IMG/VR virus record: IMGVR_UViG_2061766007_000872
Origin: an uncultured virus (IMG/VR IMGVR_UViG_2061766007_000872)
Lineage: Duplodnaviria; Heunggongvirae; Uroviricota; Caudoviricetes
Length of the DNA stretch: 64,000 bases
Direction: 5' to 3' (one strand)
The translations under genes were made by a program, and so were the position numbers. The notes under the pieces were generated by a model, which saw only the letters and a program-made list of their open reading frames with translations, had not been told where the DNA came from and made no database searches. Positions within the stretch are counted from its first letter, which is position 1; every line of letters starts with the position of its first letter. Positions 10,542 through 21,248 of the stretch are shown here, piece by piece.

Positions 10542-10682
10542 AGTTTCTAAATGTGTAAGACTAAATTATCGGCTATGTCTTTGAAGAAGCATGACCTTCT
10601 AATTAGCCGAGCATGCGATAGATTGAACACTAGGATAATATAGGACCTAGCATTTTTGTTAAAAAGAAAGGAAGAAGTAATT

Positions 10683-12014
10683 ATGAAAAAGAGTTTAAAG
10701 TTACTTTTTACAACATTAGCGTTGTTCACATTAGGATTAACTTCTTGCGGTACTAGAACTACTTCAAGTTCAACTGGTCCTGAATGGACAATTAAAGAAG
10801 ATGGTCATTTATATCATTTTGATGAAGATTTAGGTGATGTCACTGGTCCAAAAGGTGACAAAGGTGACCAAGGTGAAAAGGGCGATACTGGTGAAACAGG
10901 TGCTCAAGGCCCTAAAGGTGATACTGGTGAAACAGGCCCACAAGGTCCAGCCGGTCAAGATGGTGCAAATGGTCAAGACGGAGCAAACGGACAAGATGGT
11001 GCTCCAGGTGCCGATGGCAAAGATGGTGCTGATGGCAAAGATGGTGTTGGTATCAAAGACATTAGTAGAACAGACAATGATGGTGTCATGGATACCTACA
11101 CAATTACAATGACAGACGATTCAACATTTACATTTAAAGTTCCAAATGCTCCTACAAGTATGGCAGTTGTCAATAATAGAGTTGATGGTGACGGTGTTGA
11201 TTTACCTTATTATGTTGGAACAAGTGCTCCATTAGACATCACAGTTACTGCTACATTTGTTGATGGTAGTGAAATGGAAGTTAAGTCATTTGAAGTTACT
11301 GGTTTTGATACAACAACCGCTGGTAAGAAAGATGTTGTTGTTAAACTCGGTGCATTAAGTGATGCATTCAGTGTTGATGTTGTGAGTATTAGTGATGAAG
11401 TTGCTGATGCATTATCTGCAGAAGGTGTTAATGATACACTTCCAGGTTTAAGTTCTGGTGCAGTTGATTATCAATATGTCCCATCAGTGAATGTCTTATT
11501 AATTGCTTTAGATGAAGATGCAGACACAGATGCTATGATTACTCAATATGGTGCTGACTTAGTTGCCGCAGGATTCACAGCAGCAGGTGCTGACAGTTAT
11601 GGTGATATGCATTACTTATCTCCAAATAATGAATTTGATGTTTGTGCTTGGAATTACTATGGCTTAATTAGAGTTGACATCAAAGTTTATGCTCCATTCC
11701 CATTAGACCAAGTTAACACATTCTTAACAACTTATGGTTATTCATTCACATTTGATGCATCAATTGGTGAAGCATTCGGTAGAAACACTTGGATTGCTGA
11801 ATCAGATGAAAGTAGTGGTTATCATTATTTAGCCATTTATCTTGAAGGTGGTGACTATGTTGATGCTTGGAAAGCCATTCTCAATGATACATTAGTTGCT
11901 AATGACTTTGAATGGGATGATACATACGGATTTGTCAATTACACAACATATAAACAAATTAGTGTTTACTATAATGCTAATTATGATGTCTCAATCATTC
12001 AAATTTGGGAATAA
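10683..12014 (+). CDS. Lipoprotein with collagen-like repeats and an Ig-like domain
   Basis: MKKSLKLLFTTLALFTLGLTS-C lipobox; G-X-Y repeats; VTATFVDGSEMEV..FDTTTAGKKDVVVK Ig-like segment; RBS AAAGGAAG. Confidence 0.8.
   Translation: MKKSLKLLFTTLALFTLGLTSCGTRTTSSSTGPEWTIKEDGHLYHFDEDLGDVTGPKGDKGDQGEKGDTGETGAQGPKGDTGETGPQGPAGQDGANGQDGANGQDGAPGADGKDGADGKDGVGIKDISRTDNDGVMDTYTITMTDDSTFTFKVPNAPTSMAVVNNRVDGDGVDLPYYVGTSAPLDITVTATFVDGSEMEVKSFEVTGFDTTTAGKKDVVVKLGALSDAFSVDVVSISDEVADALSAEGVNDTLPGLSSGAVDYQYVPSVNVLLIALDEDADTDAMITQYGADLVAAGFTAAGADSYGDMHYLSPNNEFDVCAWNYYGLIRVDIKVYAPFPLDQVNTFLTTYGYSFTFDASIGEAFGRNTWIAESDESSGYHYLAIYLEGGDYVDAWKAILNDTLVANDFEWDDTYGFVNYTTYKQISVYYNANYDVSIIQIWE
10845..11051 (+). repeat. 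Collagen triple-helix G-X-Y repeat
   Basis: GPKGDKGDQGEKGDTGETGAQGPK...GADGKDGADGKDG. Confidence 0.9.
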
Positions 12015-12017
12015 AAG

Positions 12018-12027
12018 TTGTATAATA
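12018..12027 (+). promoter_or_regulatory. TTGTATAATA promoter-like motif at the start of the large non-coding region
   Basis: The same motif precedes several replication genes. Confidence 0.5.
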
Positions 12028-12029
12028 TA

Positions 12030-13662
12030 TTAGCCAAAGCATGTAAATGTTAAAAGACCATGGGTTTATGCTTAGACGGTAAACCTCAATTCTGGTGGGC
12101 TATGTGAAATTGAAGCATATCGTTAAAGAAGTAGGACAAATAAACAAAACCTCTTAATGAAAAATAAAATGCTAAATTATATACAAAGAGGATACTGCCC
12201 AACCTCTTTAAAAACATGAGAAACGGTTTTATGAGGAGCCGTGCAACGAAAGTCTTCCATGTAAAGTGAATGCTTTACAACAAATCCAATTTTATTGGTC
12301 ATAAGTTAAATCTTATGCTTCCCACTACTTCACAGAACTATTAGGCATAAAATCCTAGCAAAGAATTGATAATGTAGATGGGATATTGTCTAGGGATATG
12401 TATTAAGCATGTTCCTTGATGTAAACAACACAGTAATGTGTGAAATTATCCTAATGTCATGAACATTAGGCATCAAGAGAAACTTCGGTTTCTCAAGTAT
12501 GATAGTTACATCTCTTGAAATATTGTCTAAGATGTACCTGCGAGGCAACTAAGATGATAACAAAGAAGATGTGATTATAAATCTAATAACTATGTAAACC
12601 TCACCGACTGGAGTAACATTGTATCCGTAGGGATAGTGCCAGAACAAGTATTAGTTATTAGACTGATGAGAGTTGAATAGGCCAAGATTAGCCTTGAGAA
12701 ATCATTGTCTATGACGGTAAGTCCCGCATAGGGAGCCATTTAATCTCACAAGAATAGTGAACCCAAGTTGGCAAATGAAGCCTCCATCGGTTCATGACCT
12801 ATGAAGTTTGTACATGATAGCAAATGCAAATGGAGGTTTTATGTGAGTTGGTGTGCTCATGCTATCTAGATGAAAAGAAACTTAATCTAAGTAGTTGAAG
12901 AAAAAGACATCTTTAAAACTCCTCACTAACTGCTGACCGACATGAGGCAACAGTATTCTAGATTATAGTGAGGATGTTTAAGTTCTCTAAGCCTAGTCAC
13001 CTAGCAAATGATTCATCTTGGAGATGATGATGCTATAAGACTCATTGTAGTAGTACTTAGTCTACAGGGCAATGTTCCACCACCTGGTACTTGAAATTCA
13101 ATTTAGAATCTTCAAGTGATACGCTTAGCATCTATGATATTGGCCATATCAAATGAAATAAGACTAAGACAAAGCCGGGGAATTCCAGGAACTTACTCCT
13201 GCAAGGAGGGGTTGAGCCCTCCCTTAATTGATATTGACTCTTAATTGAGTTGATATAGATTACCTCCTTTCTATGACAAAGAGTGTAAACTCTAGTCTAG
13301 GTTGACTACTTACCTGAAGCAATCTATCAAAGAAGTGGAAGATGGTAACAACAGAAACTCTTGTAAACAGAAACCATCTATGTTGGTGAAACACACTCAA
13401 ACTTATAGATTTATTCTATATCTATAAGTCATACGACGGTAATATGCTCGTCTGAAATGGCCGGTATATTGCTCTCGTGTTAGAACATCATGCTACCCTT
13501 GTGGTTGAAGAGAATGAAGATGGTTATCCATCAGGTAGTGAGAATCATAAATCCTAGTATAAGTGATAACTACATGAATGTTCATCATTCCGTGAAAAGA
13601 ATACAAACACGGTAGACACACTAATGAAAATAGCATATACTTGATTATGTGCTTAAACATGC
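12030..13662 (+). ncRNA. Candidate very large structured ncRNA or ncRNA cluster (~1.6 kb)
   Basis: No ORF of 60 aa or more on either strand. Dense hairpins, including a C(UUCG)G loop at 12477-12494, GCAA/GUAA tetraloops and nested long-range stems. Bounded by promoter motifs and a terminator. Confidence 0.7.
12170..12186 (+). promoter_or_regulatory. TGCTAAATT motif inside the non-coding region
   Basis: TGCTAAATTATATACAA. Confidence 0.5.
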
Positions 13663-13697
13663 AAAACACCTAGAGACTTATCTAGGTGTTTTCTTTT
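13663..13697 (+). terminator. Intrinsic terminator
   Basis: AAAACACCTAGA-GACTTA-TCTAGGTGTTTT followed by CTTTT. Confidence 0.85.
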
Positions 13698-13733
13698 GCA
13701 AAAATGTTAAAAATTATACAATTTTTATATAAT

Positions 13734-13750
13734 TGCTAAATTTAATGATA
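13734..13750 (+). promoter_or_regulatory. TGCTAAATT motif, putative late promoter
   Basis: TGCTAAATTTAATGATA. Confidence 0.75.
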
Positions 13751-13778
13751 AAGTTTATTTTTACATGGAGAGTAATAG

Positions 13779-14525
13779 ATGACACTTCAAGAATATGTAG
13801 ATAATATCAAACTTGAGTTAACTGGTGGTGTTCTTGAGTTAGAAGTTGATGATGATACAATTGGCAAATATGTCATGCAAGCACTTAGAGAAATTCAAAG
13901 ATATATTGATGAAACTAAGTTAGTGCAAGTTCCATTTTCATCTTGCATTGATTTAGGAGAATATGTTGATGAACAAGGTAAGAAGCATGAATTTAAGCAT
14001 AGTTCAATAACAAATGTTTATAGATGTGAAGCAGTTGGTGACCAGGGCAAAGGTAATGGCGGAATTAGTAGTGTTGACCCAGCCTATGCTCAATTTTGGT
14101 TAGCATCAAGTAATGGTAGTTCAATGTATAATTTAAATAGTTGGTTAATGAACTATATGACATATAACACATTACTTCAATTGAGAAATACTACTTCTAC
14201 AGACTTAGCATTTAGAGAAGATAAACATCAAAATAAACTCTATATCAATGTCTCTGCTGGTAGACCAGATTATATTGCAATTGAGTATGTACCAATCTTT
14301 GAAGATGTTGATGACATTAAGAGTGATTATTGGAAAGAAATTCTATATAGACTTGCATTAGCAATTACTAAAATGGGTTTAGGTAGAATTAGAACATGGG
14401 CAAAACAAAATAATGCTTTGTATACAGTTGATGGAGATACAATACTTGAAGAAGGTAGAAATGAAAGAACAGAAATTGAACAAAGATTAATACAAAATAG
14501 TAATTTATTCTATCCAGTTGATTAA
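13779..14525 (+). CDS. Head completion/neck protein (T4 gp13-like)
   Basis: N-terminal IKLELTGGVLELEVDDDTI and C-terminal LALAITKMGLGRIR...VDGDTILEEG pattern; position before tail genes. Confidence 0.7.
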   Translation: MTLQEYVDNIKLELTGGVLELEVDDDTIGKYVMQALREIQRYIDETKLVQVPFSSCIDLGEYVDEQGKKHEFKHSSITNVYRCEAVGDQGKGNGGISSVDPAYAQFWLASSNGSSMYNLNSWLMNYMTYNTLLQLRNTTSTDLAFREDKHQNKLYINVSAGRPDYIAIEYVPIFEDVDDIKSDYWKEILYRLALAITKMGLGRIRTWAKQNNALYTVDGDTILEEGRNERTEIEQRLIQNSNLFYPVD

Positions 14526-14535
14526 GGAGATACAA

Positions 14536-17500
14536 ATGGGAAAATTAGAAACATTAAGAGCAGAATTAGAAAAAGCAAGAGAAAAACTTCATGCTAGAGG
14601 ATTTGAATATGATGGTAAAGCAAATGGCTATAAGGAATTAATGGCCGCAAAACCATTTGAAATTGCATATCAAGATGTTATTGAAAAGATTTGGCCAGAT
14701 AATGCTTGGTGGGAAGTCACACATTATTGGGATATTTTTGATGCAATGATGGGTGGTTTCAGTGATGAAGAAGTCATTGATGAAATTTGTAAGCATGTCG
14801 GTAAAGATTATCTTGATGAAGAAGTTGAATCAAATGTTGGAGGCGCATATGTTGAAAAAGGTCACAACATGAGAGAATACATTGAAAAGTTTGGTGATGC
14901 TTATGATAATGGCGAACTTTGGGATTTCTCAAAAGAAGATTTTGAAAATGGTGCAATAGATGTTAATCCATACATTATCTATTGGTATATGCAAGATTTA
15001 GATGGTGAGTGGAGATATTTTGAAACTAATCTTGAACCTAAGAAAGAATGTGTTAAAGAAGAAAAAAAGTTAGATGAAGGTACTTCTAATTTTGGTGCAG
15101 GTCCAGAGCATTTTCCATTATTAGTTTTCTATACTTATGATGAATATTTATATAATTTGACACATGCTCAAGATTATCCTCAAGAAGAACAATTTGAGGA
15201 TGAAGATGGCAAAATAGATTGGGATGCATTTGAAAATGCTAAAGAAGAATTTGAATTAAAATATGATGAATCAAATAAAATTTGTGTTTTAGATGAAGAT
15301 ACACAAGAAAGATTAGAGAATAAACTCTATGACTTTAATGAAGAATCTAAGAGAATAGCATGGGATGCAGATGTTGTTGATGGTGAACAACAATATGGCA
15401 ATAATCTTAGTCTTGAAGATGTTAAAGTAAATATTGAACCTGGTTATTATAGTGCAGCATATATTGATGTTGAGCATGAAGACTATCTTGAAGATTTAGA
15501 TGAAGATTTCAAAGCAAAACAATTTGAAAGATTTACTAAGTTATTCCAAGAATTAAAATCTGAATTTGGTTTAACTGAATTATCTGCTGGTCCTATGGCT
15601 TCTAATGGTGAAAGAGGTTACTCTATTGTCAATAATGAATCTTTAGACGAATCAAATAAAAAATATGCTTTAGTTGTTAATGGTGAGTGGTACTCAACTT
15701 ATGATTCATATGAAAAAGCACAAAAGGCACAAGAAAGATTCTTAGATGCAATTGATAATGATGAAGATGCTCAAAAAGAATATGGTGCTTTTGCAAATGT
15801 TGAAATTAAAGAAGTTAATGAGTCTTTAAATGAATCTATGGAAAGTGAAGTCACTAAATGGTGGAAAGATGTTGAAGATGCCAATAAAGAAATGAAATGG
15901 GATTTCAAGATTGACAATGGCGACTATAGCGATGTAGAAGCAATGCACGCAGCAATGTTTGACATGCTAGATGACCTTAAAGAAAAAGGTGCTAGTGACT
16001 TATTCAATAGAGGTAAAAAGATTTATAATAAATATGCTATTAGTAAATATAATGAAGAATTAAAAGAATCTTGCAGTGATAAAGAACTAGTTGATAAATT
16101 AGTTGCATTTGGTACTTGTGCTGATGAAAAAGAAGCAAAAGAAAGAGTTGCTAAAATGTCTAAAGAAGATAAAGAAAAAATGTGTAAATCTCTTTCCGCT
16201 CAAGCAAAAGACCATTTATTAAATGATTCTTTAAATGAGTCTGATGAGGTTGCAAGAGTAGAATATTGTGTTATGGATAAAGATAATAACAATATTGAAT
16301 GTTTTGATAATACTGATGATGCCATTGCTTTTGCTAAAGAGCATGAAGGTATTAGAGTTCTTGAAGTTCAATATGGACCAAAAGATGAAAACGGTGATGA
16401 AGAAGAATTAGGTTGTGAAGAAGTTTGGTCTATTAGAGAATCTTTAAAAGAAGANNNNNNNNNNNNNNNNNNNNNNNNNNNNNNNNNNNNNNNNNACAGG
16501 TGACCCAGCCAAAGATGCTGCCTTCTTTAATCATGCTATGGGCAGTGATAAAGGTGATGTCAGTGTTGAAAAATCTTCAGTTAGTTTAGGTGAAGGTTAT
16601 GTTGGACAAGATGTTGAAGACTTCTTAGATGTCATTAGTGACAATGAAGCAATTGAAACATTAGTTATCTCTAACATTGATGCAGATGATTATACAGAAG
16701 CATTCAAAGGTAAATATGAAGATTTAGATAGTAACTTACTACATTGTGAATATGCAGACTTTGATGTTGGTGGTGATATTTTAGTTGTCAATGTTAAAAC
16801 TGAATCAGATGATTGGAATGATTTATACTATGATGACTTGGAATCACTCTTAGAAGACTACAACGGCGATGAAATTAGAATTATAGATGTAGATACTGGT
16901 GAAACACTTTTTGAAGGTGATAAAGAAGATATTGATGATGAAGTTAAGGGATTAACTTTCTGGTCAATTGATACACCTAAGTATCTATGTGTTAATGCTC
17001 ATTGTGGTGAGATTGAAGACCTTGAACCAGATTTCGGTGAAGATGATGAATTAAAGATTGAATACTGGTATGATGAAGAATCTAGAGACCAAGGTTTAGG
17101 TGATATGTACTTTGGTGAAATTGAAGATGAAGAAGACGGCAAAAGAATTGTCAGAAAGATGATTGATAGAGATGGCTTTGCTTCAGCAGAACTTCAAAGA
17201 GGTGATACAGTTCTCTTTGGCTATGATGGTGAATCAACATGGGGAGAACTTGCAGAATCTTTAGATGAAGCATCTCATAGAGGTATGGATTATTATGAAT
17301 ATAAAGGTTGTCATGTTAGAGAAACACCTTCTTGCTTTGTTGCAACTGATGAACATGGCACAACTTTAGGTGACTCTAAAACAAAAGCCGGTGCAGAAGG
17401 AATCATTGATGACCATGTTGCTAAGAAAGATGAAAAGTTATCTAAGAAGCAAATAGATAAGAATGTCAAGAGAAATCTTGCTTATCTTAAGTGGCAAGGT

Positions 17501-17740
17501 GAGAGAGAATCAAAAAATAGAGATAACGAAAAGAAAGAAGAAGTTATGACAGAAGATAATGATGTCTATGCTTTACATCTTAAAGTTATAGATGCCAATA
17601 CAGGTAAGATTAATAAGATTGAAAGAATCTTTGTAGGTTCTAAGAAAGAATGTGATGTGAAGAAAAAACAACTTGAAGATGCAAGTCCAGAAGATGCTAA
17701 TCACAACAAGAATGTCTACAAAGTGAGCAAAGTTAAATAA
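14536..17740 (+). CDS. Large acidic multi-module protein (probably one gene split by an N-gap)
   Basis: AAGGAG RBS before ATG 14536. The frame after the gap (16455-16495) is open upstream of 16538 (TGDPAKDAAFFNHAMG). Linkers ESLDES, ESLNES, ESLKE, ESLDEA. Confidence 0.6.
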
Positions 17741-17750
17741 GGAGAGTTAT

Positions 17751-19865
17751 ATGCAAGAAGTTAAAGGTATTACAGTTTTAGATGCATTTAAGGCCCTTGA
17801 TGATGTTGATGATGTAGTCATTCAAGATGAAGTTGAAAAAATAACATCAAAAAAGAAACTAAAAGAATCTCTTAAAGAAGATAGAGTTGAAACTATTGAC
17901 ATTTCTGGTAGAGATATGTATGACAAAGGTCAAGCATATTATTATGCTAGAACTGGTGACAAAGTTGATTTTAGAGGTAATAAGTACACAATTGTCACTG
18001 ATGAAAAAGGTGGTCATAAAATCGGCTATAGTGATACAATCTTATTAAAAGGTCCAAATGGAAAGACAGTTGAAGTTGCTAAGAAAGACTTTATTAAAGA
18101 TGCTACTTTACTTAAAGAAGAAGCAATTGAAGAATCTGGTGATGACTATTGGGTTTTAAGTGATGGCCAAAATCCAAAGAACTCAAATGTTTTCTCCAAG
18201 ATTGATGACTTAGATGCAATTATCTCTAAGTTAGAAGCATCTAAAGGTAAAGGTCATTGGGAATTATTACATTATATCAATGGAACACCAAAGAAAGTTT
18301 GGGATAGTGAAAATGGTAGAGTTGATGAAGACATGAATGATGATATCACCAATTATATCAATAAATTTAAAAATAATGAGGGTAAATATATTGATAGTGA
18401 AGTTTTAGGTGATGCAATTTCTGACATGAAAAAAGCAAAAACATTATCCTCTGCTATGGAGATTGCAAGTGCATATACAAATTTAAATTTCTATAGATTT
18501 AATGATAATGATGAGATTGTTGGAAGTGCAGGTATGCATCCTGACAAGACAAAAAGTGGAAGAGATAGTAAAAAAATGGTCTTCACTCAAGGCAATAGAG
18601 TATATAATTCAAAAATTGAGAGAGATGCTGATAAAATTTATTTTGATAAAAAATTAGCACAACCATTTATTGATAAAGCATTAAGTGAAGAATGTAATCT
18701 TAAAGAAGAACCAACTTATGGCTTAGAACCAGAATATGATTCAAGAAAATCATTCTATGGAAAAGCAAAAGTTGAAGAAAGACCAGATGGTACAAAGATT
18801 CTCTATTCTTACGGAACTCCAGTTTGTAAGATTAAAGGTGACAAAGCAACATTATTAAGAAAAGGTTACTTAGGTTGGGCATCTTCTCAAACAACTTTAA
18901 GACATGTTAAAGAATTCTTAAAACAACATGGCTTTGAAGCAGGTAGTATCAATGATTTAAGAAATAAATATCCAGTTGAACAAGCAACATATAATGAAGC
19001 ACTTACTTTAACTGAAGGTATTTTAGTTGATATTCTTGATAAAGAAGAAGTTGAAGAAGGTAAAAAGTTCATTGAAGAAGATGATGATGAACATATTGAA
19101 CAAGTGGTTGATGTTGATGCAAATACAGTTGAAGAATTAAAAGACTCTTATGTTGGTAATGTCTTATTAAGATGTCCAGTTTGTAAAACACCAATCTTCA
19201 AGAAACCAGAATTATTAGAAAAACAAGAAGATACAGAAATCTATAATGTTGGTGAAACATGTCCACATTGTGGCTCTAAAGATGGTTTTGAATTAGTTGG
19301 TCAAATTGCAACTATGGATGTTCAACAACCAGAACCAGTTCCAACAACTGGTAAAGATGAAGTTGAATCAACAAGTTCTACACTTGAAGATAAAGTCACT
19401 GATAATGAAGTTGGTGATANNNNNNNNNNNNNNNNNNNNNAAAAGCCTGAAGAAGATAAAGAAGAAAATAAAAGACCATCAGTTATGGCAAAAGAATCTT
19501 TAGAACTTAAAGGTTTATCAGAAGATACATTTAATACATTAGTTAATAAATATCTTGAAGCAACATATAATAATGTTGAATGTTTCAATACAACAGAATG
19601 TGACTTAGAAGATAAGAATTTAATTGTTGAAGGTGTTATCAAATTCAAGAGCGGAAAAGAAAAACAAACAAAGTTTGTGTTAGAAAACAAAGTTGGTAAG
19701 AATCCAAATAAAATTAGATTTGTTGGAATGAATGAAACATTTAGCAAATCAAAAAGAACATTCAATTTAGTTTGCAGCAATGACAAAGGCAACTTAATGT
19801 GTGAAAGTTTATCCTATTGCTACAAAACAAAAGATAAAGATATTAAAGGTAAAGTTAAAAATTAA
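17751..19865 (+). CDS. Acidic multi-module protein with a Zn-ribbon; putative head internal protein
   Basis: ESLKED linker at 17865; CPVC...CPHC; RBS AGGAG. Confidence 0.65.
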   Translation: MQEVKGITVLDAFKALDDVDDVVIQDEVEKITSKKKLKESLKEDRVETIDISGRDMYDKGQAYYYARTGDKVDFRGNKYTIVTDEKGGHKIGYSDTILLKGPNGKTVEVAKKDFIKDATLLKEEAIEESGDDYWVLSDGQNPKNSNVFSKIDDLDAIISKLEASKGKGHWELLHYINGTPKKVWDSENGRVDEDMNDDITNYINKFKNNEGKYIDSEVLGDAISDMKKAKTLSSAMEIASAYTNLNFYRFNDNDEIVGSAGMHPDKTKSGRDSKKMVFTQGNRVYNSKIERDADKIYFDKKLAQPFIDKALSEECNLKEEPTYGLEPEYDSRKSFYGKAKVEERPDGTKILYSYGTPVCKIKGDKATLLRKGYLGWASSQTTLRHVKEFLKQHGFEAGSINDLRNKYPVEQATYNEALTLTEGILVDILDKEEVEEGKKFIEEDDDEHIEQVVDVDANTVEELKDSYVGNVLLRCPVCKTPIFKKPELLEKQEDTEIYNVGETCPHCGSKDGFELVGQIATMDVQQPEPVPTTGKDEVESTSSTLEDKVTDNEVGDXXXXXXXXKPEEDKEENKRPSVMAKESLELKGLSEDTFNTLVNKYLEATYNNVECFNTTECDLEDKNLIVEGVIKFKSGKEKQTKFVLENKVGKNPNKIRFVGMNETFSKSKRTFNLVCSNDKGNLMCESLSYCYKTKDKDIKGKVKN

Positions 19866-20371
19866 TGGAACAAAGAGATACAGGAATAGTACTAAATCAG
19901 AATAATCTAAAGTTACAGAGATTCTATTTTAAGCAAATGGTTAGACTTATTGGAATCAATGTACTTTTCAGAGCGCCTAGAGAAGGAAGCAAAGAGTACA
20001 ATGGTTATGGTGAGTTAGATAGTTTCTATGAAACTCCAGTTCCTGTAGGTTGTATATTTGTAGAACATCCTAATCAATACACTATGAAGAAGTTAGGATG
20101 GAATTCAGAGTTGAGTGAGGAAACATCTTTGATTCAAGTTCCTTATGATTTAAAAGGAGTTCAAAGAGGTGCACTATTTACACTTCCTTCAGCAATAGAT
20201 AATGCTCCTGGTAGAATGTTTAGAGTTGAAGATATGTATACAGATGCTGTGACACCAGCATTCATTACATGTAAACTTGCTCCATTTTGGGAAAATAAAT
20301 TTGAAAGTGGACAATTCTCACATACACAAAATGACTTTAACTTATTAAATGATGAGGAGGAAGAAGACTAG
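19865..20371 (+). CDS. Head closure/neck protein (gp14-like)
   Basis: FKQMVRLIGINVLFRAP...KKLGW pattern; synteny. Confidence 0.5.
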   Translation: MEQRDTGIVLNQNNLKLQRFYFKQMVRLIGINVLFRAPREGSKEYNGYGELDSFYETPVPVGCIFVEHPNQYTMKKLGWNSELSEETSLIQVPYDLKGVQRGALFTLPSAIDNAPGRMFRVEDMYTDAVTPAFITCKLAPFWENKFESGQFSHTQNDFNLLNDEEEED

Positions 20372-20373
20372 TT

Positions 20374-21248
20374 ATGGATGCTTATATATCTGATTTATTT
20401 AATAGTTTAAATGACAAGATGAGAGAAGTTCTTGCAAAGACCAAAGCGGATGGAAGTACAGAGANNNNNNNNNNNNNNNNNNNNNNNNAAATGCATTAAT
20501 TGAAATATTCTTGAGACAATCAATTGATACTGATAATAAATGGGGCAATGTTACAATGGATAAGATTGAACCTTATAAAGATGTATTGATTAAACTTTGT
20601 TCAGAGTTAGGTCTCAAAGAAATTATTAATCCATTCTTAAACTTCTTACCAGAATTCTATGCTAAAAATCCTAATGCAAATTTAACGAGAGATAACATGA
20701 TTGACTTAAACAATCTCTATGCAACTGATGTTATTAGCAAAGAAGACTTAATGGGAAAAGGAAAAGAGGGGTTAAATGATATCATCTTTGATAGTGAACT
20801 CTACACATTTGAAAATGTTGATAGAATGGTGTCTTACATTAAGTGGCTTGGCGATATTAGAAATCTCAAGAGAATGAATTGGCAAGAAATTAGAAGTGCT
20901 AATTTAACAGGTGCTATTAATGATGTAGCAGACGAAGTAGTTTCAAATATCGGTAAAAAGACTTTAGGTGATGATGATTGGGAAGAATTTAGAAACAAAC
21001 TTGTCTATGTAAATGGCATGGGTGGTAAAATCAATTCTCAAAACACACTAGAAAAACTCTTGGCAGCGGGTTCTGTAAATTCCAGTGTAGATGAACCAAA
21101 CACACAAGAACAGAGCGGAAACGGCTCGTATAATGAGTTTAAAAGAGCATTGAAGAATAGTTTGAATACTAAGTACAAAGATTTATCAAGAGATGAGTTA
21201 AGAGAAATCTTCTTAGATATCTTTGATGAATTAGGAGTTAGTAGATAA
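20374..21248 (+). CDS. Hypothetical virion-region protein (N-gap inside)
   Basis: ATG 20374 (MDAYISDLF...) with GAGGAGG upstream; continues after the gap into ORF 20511..21248. Confidence 0.55.

Noticed and set aside
12235..12262. GAGCCGTGCAACGAAAGT resembling group II intron domain V
   Set aside because: The 3' half of D5 is missing, GAGCCGT pairs with upstream ACGGTTT instead, and there is no interrupted host gene or RT ORF.
12663..12701. CTGATGAG...GAAA resembling a hammerhead ribozyme core
   Set aside because: Stem II does not close with the required pair before GAAA, and I could not build stems I and III with a cleavage triplet.
9842..13662. tmRNA, RNase P RNA, further tRNAs or rRNA in the non-coding island
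   Set aside because: No tRNA-like acceptor/T-arm ends, no GAGGAAAGTCC-type P4 motif, and rRNA similarity is limited to a 16-nt anti-SD segment.
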